Part shown: positions 63,801-64,000 of the stretch, in pieces
How positions within the stretch are numbered: the first letter of the stretch is position 1
Layout of the letters: each line of letters opens with the position of its first letter
NCBI GenBank assembly: GCA_030704615.1
Contig: CM060733.1
Coordinates: 44,268,001-44,332,000, forward strand
Length of the DNA: 64,000 bases
Direction: 5' to 3'
Origin: Takakia lepidozioides
Lineage: Eukaryota > Plantae > Bryophyta
Position numbers and translations under genes: made by a program
The notes under the pieces: generated by a model
Told to the model about the DNA's origin: nothing
What the model saw: only the letters and a program-made list of their open reading frames with translations
Databases searched by the model: none

Positions 63801-64000
63801 ATCCTTGCCTTGCTGCTAGCAGCTGACATGACAGCCTAGATTTGTTCTAGGAAACACCCAACTCCGCTTATCACACTAGTTCCTATTCTCAATTGCCTAT
63901 GCTACTCTCTGTATTCCAACAGGCATTCACCTTTTTGCCCCGATTGTCCCACCATTGACTGGGGTCAGAAAAGTATTCTTTCCACAGCTTCTCCGTCTCT
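60814..64000 (-). CDS. Second PDF-PLS-DYW PPR editing factor (5' end beyond window)
   Basis: Exon 63738-60814 encodes VHPRGPDFKHK...L-S-(P-L-S)5-P2-L2-S2-E1-E2-DYW with HSEKLA/CGDCH. GT-AG intron 63930-63739. Exon from 63931 encodes EKLWKEYFSDPSQWWDNRGKK. Confidence 0.93.

Overview
Eukaryotic, repeat-rich nuclear DNA, most likely from a non-seed land plant (inferred from PLS-DYW PPR genes, OSB-type motifs and spliced plant genes). Host content: two oppositely oriented paralogous PLS-DYW PPR editing-factor genes (7.5-11.5 kb + and 60.8->64 kb -), both carrying N-terminal OSB-type PDF motifs on small exons. Also a scrambled pseudogene of that family, an RRM gene fragment and a DUF4050-type gene. 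Two related Ty3/gypsy elements (16871-28295 and 47347-57492) encode gag-protease-DNMT3-like cytosine methyltransferase-RT-RNaseH-integrase-PHD. Both have split terminal repeats (A-body-B-gc-A-B) inside a 4-bp TSD (exact in copy 2, 3/4 in copy 1) and a self-complementary primer site rather than a tRNA PBS. Other elements: a gag-protease-dUTPase retroelement, a Mutator-like transposase pseudogene, a tRNA-derived SINE-like piece, a complex satellite and gag debris. All calls come from reading and manual alignment; no searches were run.
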